DNA of 64,000 nucleotides from an uncultured Pseudomonadota bacterium (GCA_902798205.1 CADBVV010000007.1:6852-70851), one strand, 5' to 3'; positions 10,068 to 20,108 are shown, counted from the stretch's first letter. Notes: generated by a model from the sequence alone, not told the origin. Numbers and translations: made by a program.

Positions 10068-10201
10068 TGATACAATTCTCTCTTCTTGAAAAGTCTATCA
10101 TAAAATCTAACACTATGTCCAGAATTTTTACTTATATATATACAGTATTTTTTCTTTGATTTGATTCTTGATTTTTGGTATACTATTCCAGAAGAGAGAA
10201 A

Positions 10202-11065
10202 ATGAAAATTCGCGAATTATTTCTTTTCAGTTCTGTATTAATGTGCCCTGCTTTTGCATATGGGGCATGTTCTGTTGCTAATTTAACACGTTGTCTTGAT
10301 TTCGTATGTGCAATAAACATTGGCGCAAATCCGGCGGCACGTTGTCAATATTGTGGTTCTGCATCTGCGGGTGAACCGACAAAATCAACCGCAATGAAAA
10401 GTATTTCTGCGGGTGCATCTGCAAAATACAATATTTCTGACAAGGAATTAAAAAAGGCACCATCTGATCCGGGTGAAAGATATGTTTGGGGAACCAAATT
10501 ATGTTTGGAAAAAGTTTCTGGTTGCACCCCAGATGATGTGACAGATAATTACGATAAATTAATTGAACAATCTTGTACGGCGGCTGGCATTTCATCTGAT
10601 ATGGCCAGTTTGGCAAAGAAAGCAAATACAAAAAAGACACAAAGTTCATGTTCAACCGAAATCAATGCATGTGTGATTGATGCAAAACGTTGCACTGCAG
10701 ATTACAGAAATTGCGAATCGGATGCGGACTTTGATAAATATTTTGCAGAATGCGGTGTGTTGTCCACCGGATGTGAAGAATTCTTGACCGCAATCCGCAC
10801 AGATTTGGCATCTGCACGCAAGACCGCAATTGCAAACGCAGACCAATTATTAAAGAATATTGTTGCCGCATATAAATCTGCACGCGAACAAAAATTGAAC
10901 AGCGCACAAACATCTTGCAAGAATAACAAGGCCAGATTAGATTGCGTTTCCCGCGTTTGTGCCAGCAACATGCGCAACAAATGTGAAATTGGATTTGATT
11001 ACGAAAAAACAGTCGCAGAACAATTATGTAAATTCTATGACACAGCATGCGAAAGGTTGAAATAA
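10202..11065 (+). CDS. Secreted cysteine-rich protein
   Basis: Signal peptide MKIRELFLFSSVLMCPAFA; about 20 Cys in the mature region. Confidence 0.8.
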   Translation: MKIRELFLFSSVLMCPAFAYGACSVANLTRCLDFVCAINIGANPAARCQYCGSASAGEPTKSTAMKSISAGASAKYNISDKELKKAPSDPGERYVWGTKLCLEKVSGCTPDDVTDNYDKLIEQSCTAAGISSDMASLAKKANTKKTQSSCSTEINACVIDAKRCTADYRNCESDADFDKYFAECGVLSTGCEEFLTAIRTDLASARKTAIANADQLLKNIVAAYKSAREQKLNSAQTSCKNNKARLDCVSRVCASNMRNKCEIGFDYEKTVAEQLCKFYDTACERLK

Positions 11066-11066
11066 A

Positions 11067-12731
11067 ATGACGATGAACAAGAAATTTTTTATCGCAACTT
11101 TATCCATAATAATGGCGACATGTTATGTATCGTTTGATAACGCAAACGCGGCACCAAGAACGGCTGTGCGTGGGACACCTGCGGCGGCTGGGGCACGTAA
11201 ATCTGCTGTGACCACAACACAAAAGGTTGAAACACCGGCACCTGTGGTGGAAGAAAAGTCGGAACCAGTTGTTGAAGAAAAAGAAGAAGTTGTTGTTTTA
11301 AATAAATCATCTGAATTTGAAATTGCGATGTCGAATGTTTTGGAATCTGCAACGGAAGACAATTCATTCGCAGAACAAATTCGGAAACAACGCGCATCAT
11401 TGGCGGCGGCAGATGCAACAAATTCCGCACAAAGCGCGCAAAAGAATGCATTGGCAAACAACAGCAATACTTGTGATCGCGACCTGCGTAAATGTATGCA
11501 GAAAAAATGTGGTAATGATTTCACAGAATGTGCATTGGATGGCGACACAATATTTGGTGATAAATTAAATGCTTGCCGTCGTGATACAACATGCACCGGT
11601 GAAGAATTCAATTTATTTGTTCCAGAAATTCGTGCGGATCGTGATATAAATGTTCGATTGGCATCATACGAACGTGTAATTGCATGCGGAAACAATTACA
11701 ATGCATGTATTGTAAATGAATGTGGAACAACATACAATAAATGCCTTGGCAAACCAAATGCCGATGCAGCAATTCAAAAATGCGCAATGATTGCCAAAGA
11801 ATGCACTGAATCAGATTCCGGGTTGGCAAATCGTTTTGGAACGGCAATTGGAAAATTGCGCGAAAGTGCGGAAAAAGAAGTTAAACGTGACGAAGAACGT
11901 ATGTATAAATTGCGCGATTTAATGTCATCAGAATGTAAAAAATTGGGTGCAATGTTTGACGAACGCACATTTGATTGTGTTTATACTGTGAATTTCTTTG
12001 CGGGCGAAAAACAAGACACCCCAACCGCATCACGCAAACGTTATGCCGGTGATACATTTATATGTATGCAGGAATGGTTTGGTATAAACGCAACAACATT
12101 CAAAGAAAATGCATTCCGCGAAACACGTGCACAAACGGCGGCATCATCCGCAATGTTGGGTTCCGGTGTTGGTTCCGCGGTTGGTATGATAACATCCGGT
12201 GCAATTGACCGCGCAGTTCAAACCCAAAAAGCAAAGAAGGAATTAAAGAAAGAAGAAAAAGCACAAAAGAAAGCAGAAAAAGAAGCACAGGAAGCTGCAA
12301 ACCAAAGTATCCCGGGGGCTGAAGAAATACCACAATCCAGTAAATCTAATGGTTCTGGTGACGGCAAAAATGATGCACAAAAACTTGCAGACAACGTAAA
12401 ATCCAAAGATATAAATGATGTAAAAAAAGAAAATGTTCATAATGATCTTAGCGCAGCAAGAAAAAAAGGAGAACAAGCTGTTACTGGGGATACAAGAACA
12501 TATCAACAAAAAGCTGCGGACAAAGCAGTTGGCGACCATTCTTTAAAAGGTTCTGCGCCAAAGCCTCTTGATTTTTCAAGTTCAAAGGGCTCATCCACCG
12601 GTACAGGATCAACATCTATAACAACAAGCTCAGCAACACCTACAAAATTATCAACTCCAAGTTTGACATCTGGTGTAGGATTTAAAGCATCAACACCTAG
12701 TTTGCCAAAACCATCGTTGGGTGGAAAGTAA
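11067..12731 (+). CDS. Secreted cysteine-rich protein with glycine-zipper-like segment and S/T-rich tail
   Basis: Signal peptide; about 15 Cys in repeated C-x3-[YL]-x2-C-x4-C units; AMLGSGVGSAVGMITSG; lysine-rich coiled coil; low-complexity C-terminus. Confidence 0.8.
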   Translation: MTMNKKFFIATLSIIMATCYVSFDNANAAPRTAVRGTPAAAGARKSAVTTTQKVETPAPVVEEKSEPVVEEKEEVVVLNKSSEFEIAMSNVLESATEDNSFAEQIRKQRASLAAADATNSAQSAQKNALANNSNTCDRDLRKCMQKKCGNDFTECALDGDTIFGDKLNACRRDTTCTGEEFNLFVPEIRADRDINVRLASYERVIACGNNYNACIVNECGTTYNKCLGKPNADAAIQKCAMIAKECTESDSGLANRFGTAIGKLRESAEKEVKRDEERMYKLRDLMSSECKKLGAMFDERTFDCVYTVNFFAGEKQDTPTASRKRYAGDTFICMQEWFGINATTFKENAFRETRAQTAASSAMLGSGVGSAVGMITSGAIDRAVQTQKAKKELKKEEKAQKKAEKEAQEAANQSIPGAEEIPQSSKSNGSGDGKNDAQKLADNVKSKDINDVKKENVHNDLSAARKKGEQAVTGDTRTYQQKAADKAVGDHSLKGSAPKPLDFSSSKGSSTGTGSTSITTSSATPTKLSTPSLTSGVGFKASTPSLPKPSLGGK

Positions 12732-12736
12732 AAAAG

Positions 12737-14098
12737 TTGAAAACAGAAATGAAAATGAATATGAAAATCTTTACAGTTTTAATGTTAGCATTGACCACAA
12801 TGCCCTGCTTTGATGCAAAAGCGTATGATTGTGATGGTATATCAGAAAAAGCTGTTAATTGTTCTATAAATAACGAAACAGGAAAATGCAGTGGTGATAA
12901 TTTATATTTTGGACGCCTTAAACAACAAGCAGATATACAATTCAGACAGATAATAGATAAAGATATTTTGCAATCAAAAAATCGTGAAAAAATTCAAAAA
13001 GCACAAAAAGACAAGAAAACATATGTTCTATCTAAAGTGAAAGAATATTGTCAAGAACTGGTAACAGCAGGTACAAAAGCGGCTGAATCTGAAAAAACAT
13101 TTCAAACATCTGGTATGGTTGCAACTGCACAGAAAAACACTTTAACCACAGCAACAAACTCTGCACCTGTTTACGCAGAAGAAGAACCTGAAATTGTCCA
13201 AGGCGAAGTAATGACTTTACCAAAAGAATACGAAACCAACAGTAGTCGTGGAAATGCTGTCGCTTCTGGTTCACCACGTGCAAACATTAATTCAATTGTC
13301 GCATCTGATGTGGAAAAACAGGCACAAGAAAGCAATAACCAATCAAGCATTTCTTCTGCAAATCGCGGACTTACAGTTTCCGGGGGACCAACGACAAAAA
13401 CGACTCAAAAGTCCGCACAAGGCACAAACTGTCCAAACGGTACGAAATACGATACAAAAAAACAAAAATGTATATATGAAAAACAACCTATTAGTTCATC
13501 AACCAATAATTGCTTCGTTTATTCTTTTTCATATTATACCAGTTTATCGGGTGAGCTTTTAAAAGAACAAGATAAATATTTTACCCAATGGCAAAATGCT
13601 TGCAAGAATCTTGCTTCATGCAAACATGCAAAAGAAATGATATGGGTAAAAGATGGAAAACGCGGGCTTAATGCATCAGACCAAGCAGATATTTATTACT
13701 GTGACCCAAAGATATGTTTGGACGGTTCTCAGCCAAAAGATTATAAATGTCCTGAAAAAAACCAAAATATAGAAAACGCAAAAACCGGCGAATGCAAAGA
13801 TTCTTATTTTGGTGTTGGAAAATATGATGAAAATGGGAAATGTAAAATTGAAAAATGTAGTGATGAAAAAAATTATACATTGAATACAACAAAGAATAAA
13901 TGTGAATTAAAAACAACTGCTAATATTCGTGAAAAATCAGAAGCTAGAAAAGAAGCCAAGGCGCAATCTGCGGCGGAAAAAAAGTATGAATCTGATATTA
14001 ATGAATTGATTGATGCATATAATACGGTTATGAAAAAATTCGTATCTGAATGCACATCTGATGGAAAAACATTTAAAAAGACGGGGTGCGAAGGATGA
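12737..14098 (+). CDS. Secreted cysteine-rich protein
   Basis: Signal peptide (true start probably ATG 12749-12761); CPNGTKYDTKKQKC and CKIEKC...YTLNTTKNKC modules. Confidence 0.75.
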   Translation: MKTEMKMNMKIFTVLMLALTTMPCFDAKAYDCDGISEKAVNCSINNETGKCSGDNLYFGRLKQQADIQFRQIIDKDILQSKNREKIQKAQKDKKTYVLSKVKEYCQELVTAGTKAAESEKTFQTSGMVATAQKNTLTTATNSAPVYAEEEPEIVQGEVMTLPKEYETNSSRGNAVASGSPRANINSIVASDVEKQAQESNNQSSISSANRGLTVSGGPTTKTTQKSAQGTNCPNGTKYDTKKQKCIYEKQPISSSTNNCFVYSFSYYTSLSGELLKEQDKYFTQWQNACKNLASCKHAKEMIWVKDGKRGLNASDQADIYYCDPKICLDGSQPKDYKCPEKNQNIENAKTGECKDSYFGVGKYDENGKCKIEKCSDEKNYTLNTTKNKCELKTTANIREKSEARKEAKAQSAAEKKYESDINELIDAYNTVMKKFVSECTSDGKTFKKTGCEG

Positions 14099-15450
14099 TT
14101 ATGAAACGTGCCTTTTTATTGGTTGCTTTGATTGTTGCACCAAACATCGTTTTTGGTGATGGATATAATATTGGTGAATTAAAACAGACTATTTTATCTG
14201 CGAAAAATGCGACTGCCGCAACAGAGGCTTTAAACAACGCGGCAACCACAGTTCATAATGACAACAACACGGAAAGTAACACCGAATTAAAAACATCGCT
14301 TACAACAAAAATTACCGATGCAATCAAAGCGTATGACGAAGTAAAACCAACCGATACACGTACCAAGGAACAAAAAGAAACAGATTTAGCCGAAAAACAA
14401 AAGGCTTACGAAGACGCAAAAGCCAACGAACAATCGACTGCTAATAAAACATTGACGGCATTATCTACTGCGGCAACTGGTATTGGCGGTATGGAATTGG
14501 CAATGGGTTTATCCGAACAAAAGGCGGATAAAGATGCGGCACAATCAATGGCGGCATATATCGCAACCATGCGTTGTACATATGGCGATGGCAAACAGGT
14601 CAAGGCCGGACCAGAAGAAATCGAATTACCAGGTGGTAATAATCAACAATTGATGAATCTGCGCGCGGAATATTTTGCATTGGCAAATGATTTGAAAGAA
14701 CGCAAAACCGCATTGAATATGAAACCGGGTATCGAAAGCGAAGAAATTTTGGACAAGGCCGCAACCGGACTTTATGACGATGAAATGGTTGGTATAACAT
14801 CCGGCGCATATGAATCATTATATCGTGCACAAATGTTGGGTTCAGAAGCCGACCAGGCAAAAATTGATGCCCAGGCCAAAGAAGCCAAAAATCGTGTTAT
14901 CGCCGGTGCAGTTGTTGGTGGTGTCGGTGTGGTTGGCAGCATGGTCGGTAATTCCCTTATCAACGGTAAATTGGGTGAATTAATCAAAAAAGATAAAAAC
15001 TGTAAATCTATTGAAAAACTTTATAAAACAACAACTGATTCTTCGGAAAAGTTGAAATCTTGTTTAAAAGACGGTGGCGCAAGCAATACAGATGAATTAT
15101 CTTTTGATTATTTCCAGGCTGATTGGTTGTCTTTATCTGGTATAAAATGCAAAGATTTAAACCTCGACGGTAAAGATGCAAAAAGTTTATTCAAAGATTC
15201 TAACAGTTTAGAAGATGTCAATGAGATAGTAGAGAAACTGAAAGACTCTTTTGGTGACAACAATACTAAAACTATGTTGGGCGCAAAAACCACCGGTGAC
15301 CCAGATTTACAAGATGCATTAAGAACCAAGATTGAAAAACGCGCATCTGAATATAAAGATGCATTGGACAAAGATGAAAAAAGTGGATGTAATTCAAGTT
15401 TCCTTGACGGAATAAAAACAGGCATTATTGATGCAAAGAGCGCCAGCTAA
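14086..15450 (+). CDS. Secreted protein with two Gly/Ala-rich hydrophobic segments
   Basis: Signal peptide MKRAFLLVALIVAPNIVFG (start 14095 or 14101, overlapping the upstream stop); TAATGIGGMELAMG and IAGAVVGGVGVVGSMVG. Confidence 0.75.
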   Translation: MRRMIMKRAFLLVALIVAPNIVFGDGYNIGELKQTILSAKNATAATEALNNAATTVHNDNNTESNTELKTSLTTKITDAIKAYDEVKPTDTRTKEQKETDLAEKQKAYEDAKANEQSTANKTLTALSTAATGIGGMELAMGLSEQKADKDAAQSMAAYIATMRCTYGDGKQVKAGPEEIELPGGNNQQLMNLRAEYFALANDLKERKTALNMKPGIESEEILDKAATGLYDDEMVGITSGAYESLYRAQMLGSEADQAKIDAQAKEAKNRVIAGAVVGGVGVVGSMVGNSLINGKLGELIKKDKNCKSIEKLYKTTTDSSEKLKSCLKDGGASNTDELSFDYFQADWLSLSGIKCKDLNLDGKDAKSLFKDSNSLEDVNEIVEKLKDSFGDNNTKTMLGAKTTGDPDLQDALRTKIEKRASEYKDALDKDEKSGCNSSFLDGIKTGIIDAKSAS

Positions 15451-15474
15451 TTTACTGTTTAAGTTGAACAAATA

Positions 15475-15502
15475 AAAAAACACCCGCAATTGCGGGTGTT
15501 TT
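15475..15502. terminator. Bidirectional intrinsic terminator
   Basis: aaaaaacacccgc-aatt-gcgggtgtttt. Confidence 0.85.
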
Positions 15503-15520
15503 AATTTACGATAACAGAAA

Positions 15521-16105
15521 TTATTCTGCAACTTCTTCTGATTTTTCTTCAGATGCTGCTGCTTCTTTAACTTCTTCTTTTGCTGGTTCGGCTTCTTCTT
15601 CAACTTTCTTTGTTCCGAAAGTCAATGTTTTACCTGCAACCAATGCATCGATTTCGTCTTGTGTTTGTGCAACATAAATCTTTACATCAACGATAACGTC
15701 TGGATGTAATGCGATTTTTGTATCAAATGCACCAACAGATTTAATTGGGGAACCCAACATAACCTGAGCAGATTCAACAGATACGCCAGCGATTTCTTTC
15801 AATGCGCGTGCGATATCACGTGAAGATACAGAACCATATAATTGACCTGTATCACCGGCCTGGCGAATCATGTGTAATTTAGCATTTTTAACTGCTTCAA
15901 CTTTTGATTCAGCGGCTTTCTTTGCATTTTCGTGGCGTGCAACCAATTCAGCCTTTTGTGCTTCGAACAAAGCGACGTTTTCTTTTGTGCAACGCATTGC
16001 TTTGTTATTTGGCAAAAGGTAATTACGTGCATAACCTGTTTTAACTTCGACTGTGTCGCCGATGTTGCCCAATTTTGTAATTTTTTCTGTTAAGATTACT
16101 TTCAT
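15521..16105 (-). CDS. rplI: 50S ribosomal protein L9
   Basis: MKVIL...LGNIGDTVEVKTGYARNYLLP; GQLYGSV. Confidence 0.97.
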   Translation of the reverse strand: MKVILTEKITKLGNIGDTVEVKTGYARNYLLPNNKAMRCTKENVALFEAQKAELVARHENAKKAAESKVEAVKNAKLHMIRQAGDTGQLYGSVSSRDIARALKEIAGVSVESAQVMLGSPIKSVGAFDTKIALHPDVIVDVKIYVAQTQDEIDALVAGKTLTFGTKKVEEEAEPAKEEVKEAAASEEKSEEVAE

Positions 16106-16141
16106 TTTATCTGTCCTTTATTTAATAAAGTTAGAGATTTT

Positions 16142-16244
16142 AAATCAAATTATATGTGGGTATTGGAAGCGTTTGAAGTTTCAAAATGTACATTTAGTTA
16201 CACGAGAAACGCAAAACGCGACAAGCACCCATAGAATTTGATTT
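16142..16244. repeat. About 100-nt imperfect inverted repeat between rpsR and rplI
   Basis: aaatcaaatt (16142-16151) pairs with aatttgattt (16235-16244); inner tgggt/accca and gcgttt/aaacgc stems. Confidence 0.65.
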
Positions 16245-16471
16245 TAGCCCAAGTTATTACGAACGAAAGGCATCAATCCCAAATGACGTGCACGTTTGAT
16301 AGCTGTTGCCAATGCACGTTGGTCTTTTTGTGAAACACCAGAAATACGAGATGGAACAATTTTTCCACGTTCTGTGATATAATGTGATAATAATTTCACA
16401 TCTTTATAATCGATAACCTTGCCCTTTAATGGGTTTGATTTTTTACGATAAATTGCTGCGCGTACTGCCAT
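16244..16471 (-). CDS. rpsR: 30S ribosomal protein S18
   Basis: [36 protein letters not shown]. Confidence 0.97.
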   Translation of the reverse strand: MAVRAAIYRKKSNPLKGKVIDYKDVKLLSHYITERGKIVPSRISGVSQKDQRALATAIKRARHLGLMPFVRNNLG

Positions 16472-16812
16472 TATGCCACCTCTTCGTCTGTAGATTTTTT
16501 CATCATGATAGAAGGTGTTTTTGACAATTCTTCAACGCGAACGTTAAGGAAACGGATAACATCTTCATCAATACGTGAACGACGTTCCAATTCTGTAATT
16601 TTAGAACCGTCCAATTTGATATTCAACATAACGTAGTGAGCCTTGCGGTTTTTACGAATGATGTATGCCAAATTTTTCAAACCCCAAAATTCAGTGGATT
16701 TAACATCCCCACCCAATTCTTTGATTATTTCAGTGAATTTAGCCGCTTTTTCTTTAACCTGCGGTTCGGTCAAGTCCTGACGAAAGACCAGGACGCTTTC
16801 ATAATAAGCCAT
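16471..16812 (-). CDS. rpsF: 30S ribosomal protein S6
   Basis: [30 protein letters not shown]. Confidence 0.97.
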   Translation of the reverse strand: MAYYESVLVFRQDLTEPQVKEKAAKFTEIIKELGGDVKSTEFWGLKNLAYIIRKNRKAHYVMLNIKLDGSKITELERRSRIDEDVIRFLNVRVEELSKTPSIMMKKSTDEEVA

Positions 16813-16818
16813 TTTATT

Positions 16819-16862
16819 TCCTTTGGTTTATACAGCCGACAAGCCCATCTTGCCAGCAGGAA
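16819..16862 (-). promoter_or_regulatory. Probable S6:S18 ribosomal protein leader RNA
   Basis: Minus strand ttcct-gctggcaag-atggg-cttgtcggc-tgtataaaccaaagga: hairpin with ttcct pairing to the SD (agga) and a CC in the internal loop, directly upstream of rpsF. Confidence 0.6.
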
Positions 16863-16982
16863 CACACCCATTATGAAGATTTTTTACAAAAAAGCAAGTA
16901 TTTTTATACCTATATATAATATATGGTGTTGACATGGCTACAAAAATTTTACTAAGATTTGTATAACGAGAGATGGAAAAAC

Positions 16983-18128
16983 ATGAAACGATTTCACAGA
17001 AATCTTAATATAATGTCCCTGTTTACCGCGGTTTTGTTGGTGTGCGGACTGGTTTTTTGGCGCACAATTTTTAATATCGCGATAACAAATGTGTTCTTGA
17101 ACGGTGTTATTATCGGAACAACTTTGTTCGGTATCGGGCTTTGTTTTGTGAATATTTTCAAATTGGTTCCAGAATATAATTGGTTGCACGCCTATTTTGC
17201 TGGTCGCGCTGATTATGGTTATACCCCGAATTTATTGCGTCCGGTATCGATGGCACTGCATAATCGCCACATTCATGTCACAACGAATACTATGACTGAA
17301 TTGTTGGATATGGTTGCAGGTCGTATCGAAGAAAAACGTGATTCTGTGCGTTATATCACAAACACATTGATATTCTTGGGATTGTTGGGAACTTTTTGGG
17401 GATTGATTTTGACAGTTGGCGGATTCGCAGAATTGTTAATGGGTATCGATTTCGAAGATCCTTATGTTTTACAAAATATGCAAATTGGTATGGCGGGCCC
17501 ATTGTCCGGTATGGCAACCGCGTTTACCAGTTCCCTGCTCGGTTTGGCGGGCAGTTTGACTGTGGGCTTTTTGGGTCTGCAATTACAATTCGCACAAAAT
17601 ACCATTTACGAAGAATTGTCTGATTTTATGTCACAATATGTATTACAAAATCCAACAACAAATACAAATGTTACAAAAATCGCGGAAAGTGCCCCGGTCA
17701 GTGCGAACACTTTCACCAAGATTGCAGAAATTCATGATGCGTTTGTCGATGCCGATTATGTCGTTCATGATTTAATAAGAATTGATGGAAAATATCCTGC
17801 GTTGGTCGCAATTGGCAGTGATGAAAAATTGTTTATCGCAACACTTAACAGCGATGCAGATATTTTGCAAAATGTTATGAAACGCATACAACTTTGTTTT
17901 GCCGACACACTGGAAGGTGTCAGCATAGATGTCCGCATATTATATATATCTGGAAAAACAGCAGATTTGGGCAGCAACATTTTGCGTTTTGCCACGACTG
18001 ATGCGTTGCGTAAATATCTGATTGCACACAGAAATACAAAACCAACAACAAAACAAGATCGGGAAACTTTCGATGCCTATGCGAAATACATTGACACCGC
18101 AGTCGATTATTTGTTTAAATCTAATTAA
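16983..18128 (+). CDS. MotA/TolQ/ExbB-family membrane protein with extra C-terminal domain
   Basis: TM helices with LIFLGLLGTFWGL and GMATAFTSSLLGL channel motifs. Confidence 0.8.
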   Translation: MKRFHRNLNIMSLFTAVLLVCGLVFWRTIFNIAITNVFLNGVIIGTTLFGIGLCFVNIFKLVPEYNWLHAYFAGRADYGYTPNLLRPVSMALHNRHIHVTTNTMTELLDMVAGRIEEKRDSVRYITNTLIFLGLLGTFWGLILTVGGFAELLMGIDFEDPYVLQNMQIGMAGPLSGMATAFTSSLLGLAGSLTVGFLGLQLQFAQNTIYEELSDFMSQYVLQNPTTNTNVTKIAESAPVSANTFTKIAEIHDAFVDADYVVHDLIRIDGKYPALVAIGSDEKLFIATLNSDADILQNVMKRIQLCFADTLEGVSIDVRILYISGKTADLGSNILRFATTDALRKYLIAHRNTKPTTKQDRETFDAYAKYIDTAVDYLFKSN

Positions 18129-18156
18129 CAAAAATTAAAAGAGAGAGGGAAAAACA

Positions 18157-19257
18157 ATGCTGAATATAAGATACCGCGAAAAAACAAACGCATGGCCTGG
18201 GTTCGTAGATTTGTTTTCGAACCTGGTTATCATTTTGATATTCTTGCTTATCGTGTTTGTGTTCTTGTGGACAACAACCAGTGTGTTTAACAAAAATACT
18301 GGTGCAAAGAAAGTTGCAGAATTGGAACAAACTCAACAGGCCCAGGCAGAACAAATCGAACAGATGACTGCCGATAAACAAGAAGCCGAACAGTTGTTGT
18401 TGGCTGCACGTGATGCGTTGATAAACCAAGAAACTTTGATTGGCAATCAAGAAAACTTGGCCAATGCATACGAAGATAAAATTGCAGACTTGACCGCACA
18501 ACAAGAACAATTGGCCGCACAAATTGCAGAATTAAATGACCAATTACAATTGGCAACCAACGCAAAAGAAGAAATGGCACGTATGGAATCTGAACGTCAT
18601 GAAATGCAAGATGAAATGGCCGAAAAACAATCTGAATTAAATGCACGTATTGCCGAATTGGAAGCACAATTGGATGCAGCAGAAAAACGTGCACAAGAAA
18701 AAGAAGCCGAATACACCCAAATGTCAAATCGTTTGAACAAGGCTTTGGCTGAAAAAGTTGCGGAATTAAATGAAAAAATTGCAGAATTAAATTCAATTGA
18801 ACAATATCAATCTGAATTTTATAAACAAGTCAAAAAAGCATTGGGTGACCGCACAACAATCAGACAAGACGGCGACAGATTTATCGTATCTTCTGATATC
18901 TTTTTCGACAGTGGTTCTTATAAAATATCACAAAAAGGTAAATCACAGTTGAAATTGTTGGCAAAAATCATCAAAGATTTTGAAAACAAGATTCCATCTG
19001 ACATTGATTGGATTATCCGTGTTGATGGTCATACAGATAACAAACCTGTGTTGCCGGGTACATATGCTTATTCAAACAATATGCAATTGTCCCTGCTTCG
19101 TGCCACAGCCGTCGTTAATGAATTGGTCAAAGACGGTGTATCAAAACGCAGATTGGTTCCATCTGGATTTGGTGAATTGCACCCAACAGAATTGGGTCGT
19201 GACAAAGCATCATTACAAAAGAACCGTCGCATAGAATTACAATTAACAAACAAATAA
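18157..19257 (+). CDS. MotB/OmpA-family peptidoglycan-binding protein with long coiled coil
   Basis: WPGFVDLFSNL (conserved Asp) + TM helix + coiled coil + VDGHTD, LSLLRA, NRRIE OmpA-like domain. Confidence 0.88.
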   Translation: MLNIRYREKTNAWPGFVDLFSNLVIILIFLLIVFVFLWTTTSVFNKNTGAKKVAELEQTQQAQAEQIEQMTADKQEAEQLLLAARDALINQETLIGNQENLANAYEDKIADLTAQQEQLAAQIAELNDQLQLATNAKEEMARMESERHEMQDEMAEKQSELNARIAELEAQLDAAEKRAQEKEAEYTQMSNRLNKALAEKVAELNEKIAELNSIEQYQSEFYKQVKKALGDRTTIRQDGDRFIVSSDIFFDSGSYKISQKGKSQLKLLAKIIKDFENKIPSDIDWIIRVDGHTDNKPVLPGTYAYSNNMQLSLLRATAVVNELVKDGVSKRRLVPSGFGELHPTELGRDKASLQKNRRIELQLTNK

Positions 19258-19285
19258 AGAAACGCCCAAACGGGCGTTTTTTTTT
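19258..19285. terminator. Bidirectional intrinsic terminator
   Basis: aacgccc-aaac-gggcgtt followed by a T run. Confidence 0.85.
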
Positions 19286-20108
19286 AACGAACCAAAGTAT
19301 TTAATTTAAAATCTTGAATAATTTTACAAGCTTCATCAAAGTGACGGCCAATATTTTTTGTTTCGTGAGCATCATCACTGATTATTGTCGCAACATTATG
19401 TTCTTTCATCATTTGTAATATACGATTTGATGGATATGGTTCGTAACAATAATCACGATAAAAAGAAGTGTTTATTTCAATCGCAGTATTTGTTTTTGCT
19501 GCAGATTCTACCGCCATATTTTCATACCCCATCCATTTTTCTTCGCGACCAAGTCCTGTTTTCTTTGGCAAATCAAGATGCGCCAACCATGTGAACAAAC
19601 CAGAATCTGCCGCCAATGCAACATTTGTCCAATATCTTTTTAATAATTGTTCCCTGGTTTTTTCATCTGCATTTTTCCAATCGTGCGAATTCAAAAGTGT
19701 TCCACCGTATTCAATAAAATGTGCAGAACCGATTGTATAATCAGGCTTTAATAATTTTATTGCGTTTTCAAAACCATGCAGCCATTTTACGTCTTGGAAA
19801 AAGTCCACTTCCATACCACATAATATTTTCATATCCGGATTTAATTCTTGGATACTGCGCACTTCGTGATAATGCGGAATAAAACGCAACAAGGCTTCTT
19901 CGAAAGACGAAGAATAAATATTGCTGTATCCGCCACGCACAGAATATGGATACATTTTGGTATTCTTGATTACCGGGTTAACAATAAAATGATTAGAAAT
20001 ACCGATAGTCTTGAACCCCAAATCGCGCGCACGATTAACCATTGATTGAACAGAATCACGCCCATCAAATCCAACAGTATGCGTATGCAAAGTGTATTTC
20101 ATATTCAA
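19284..20108 (-). CDS. PHP-domain phosphatase, histidinol-phosphatase HisJ family
   Basis: LHTHT, ISNH, GMEVD, IGSAH, AHLDL, EINTS, SDDAH motifs. Confidence 0.85.
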   Translation of the reverse strand: MNMKYTLHTHTVGFDGRDSVQSMVNRARDLGFKTIGISNHFIVNPVIKNTKMYPYSVRGGYSNIYSSSFEEALLRFIPHYHEVRSIQELNPDMKILCGMEVDFFQDVKWLHGFENAIKLLKPDYTIGSAHFIEYGGTLLNSHDWKNADEKTREQLLKRYWTNVALAADSGLFTWLAHLDLPKKTGLGREEKWMGYENMAVESAAKTNTAIEINTSFYRDYCYEPYPSNRILQMMKEHNVATIISDDAHETKNIGRHFDEACKIIQDFKLNTLVR

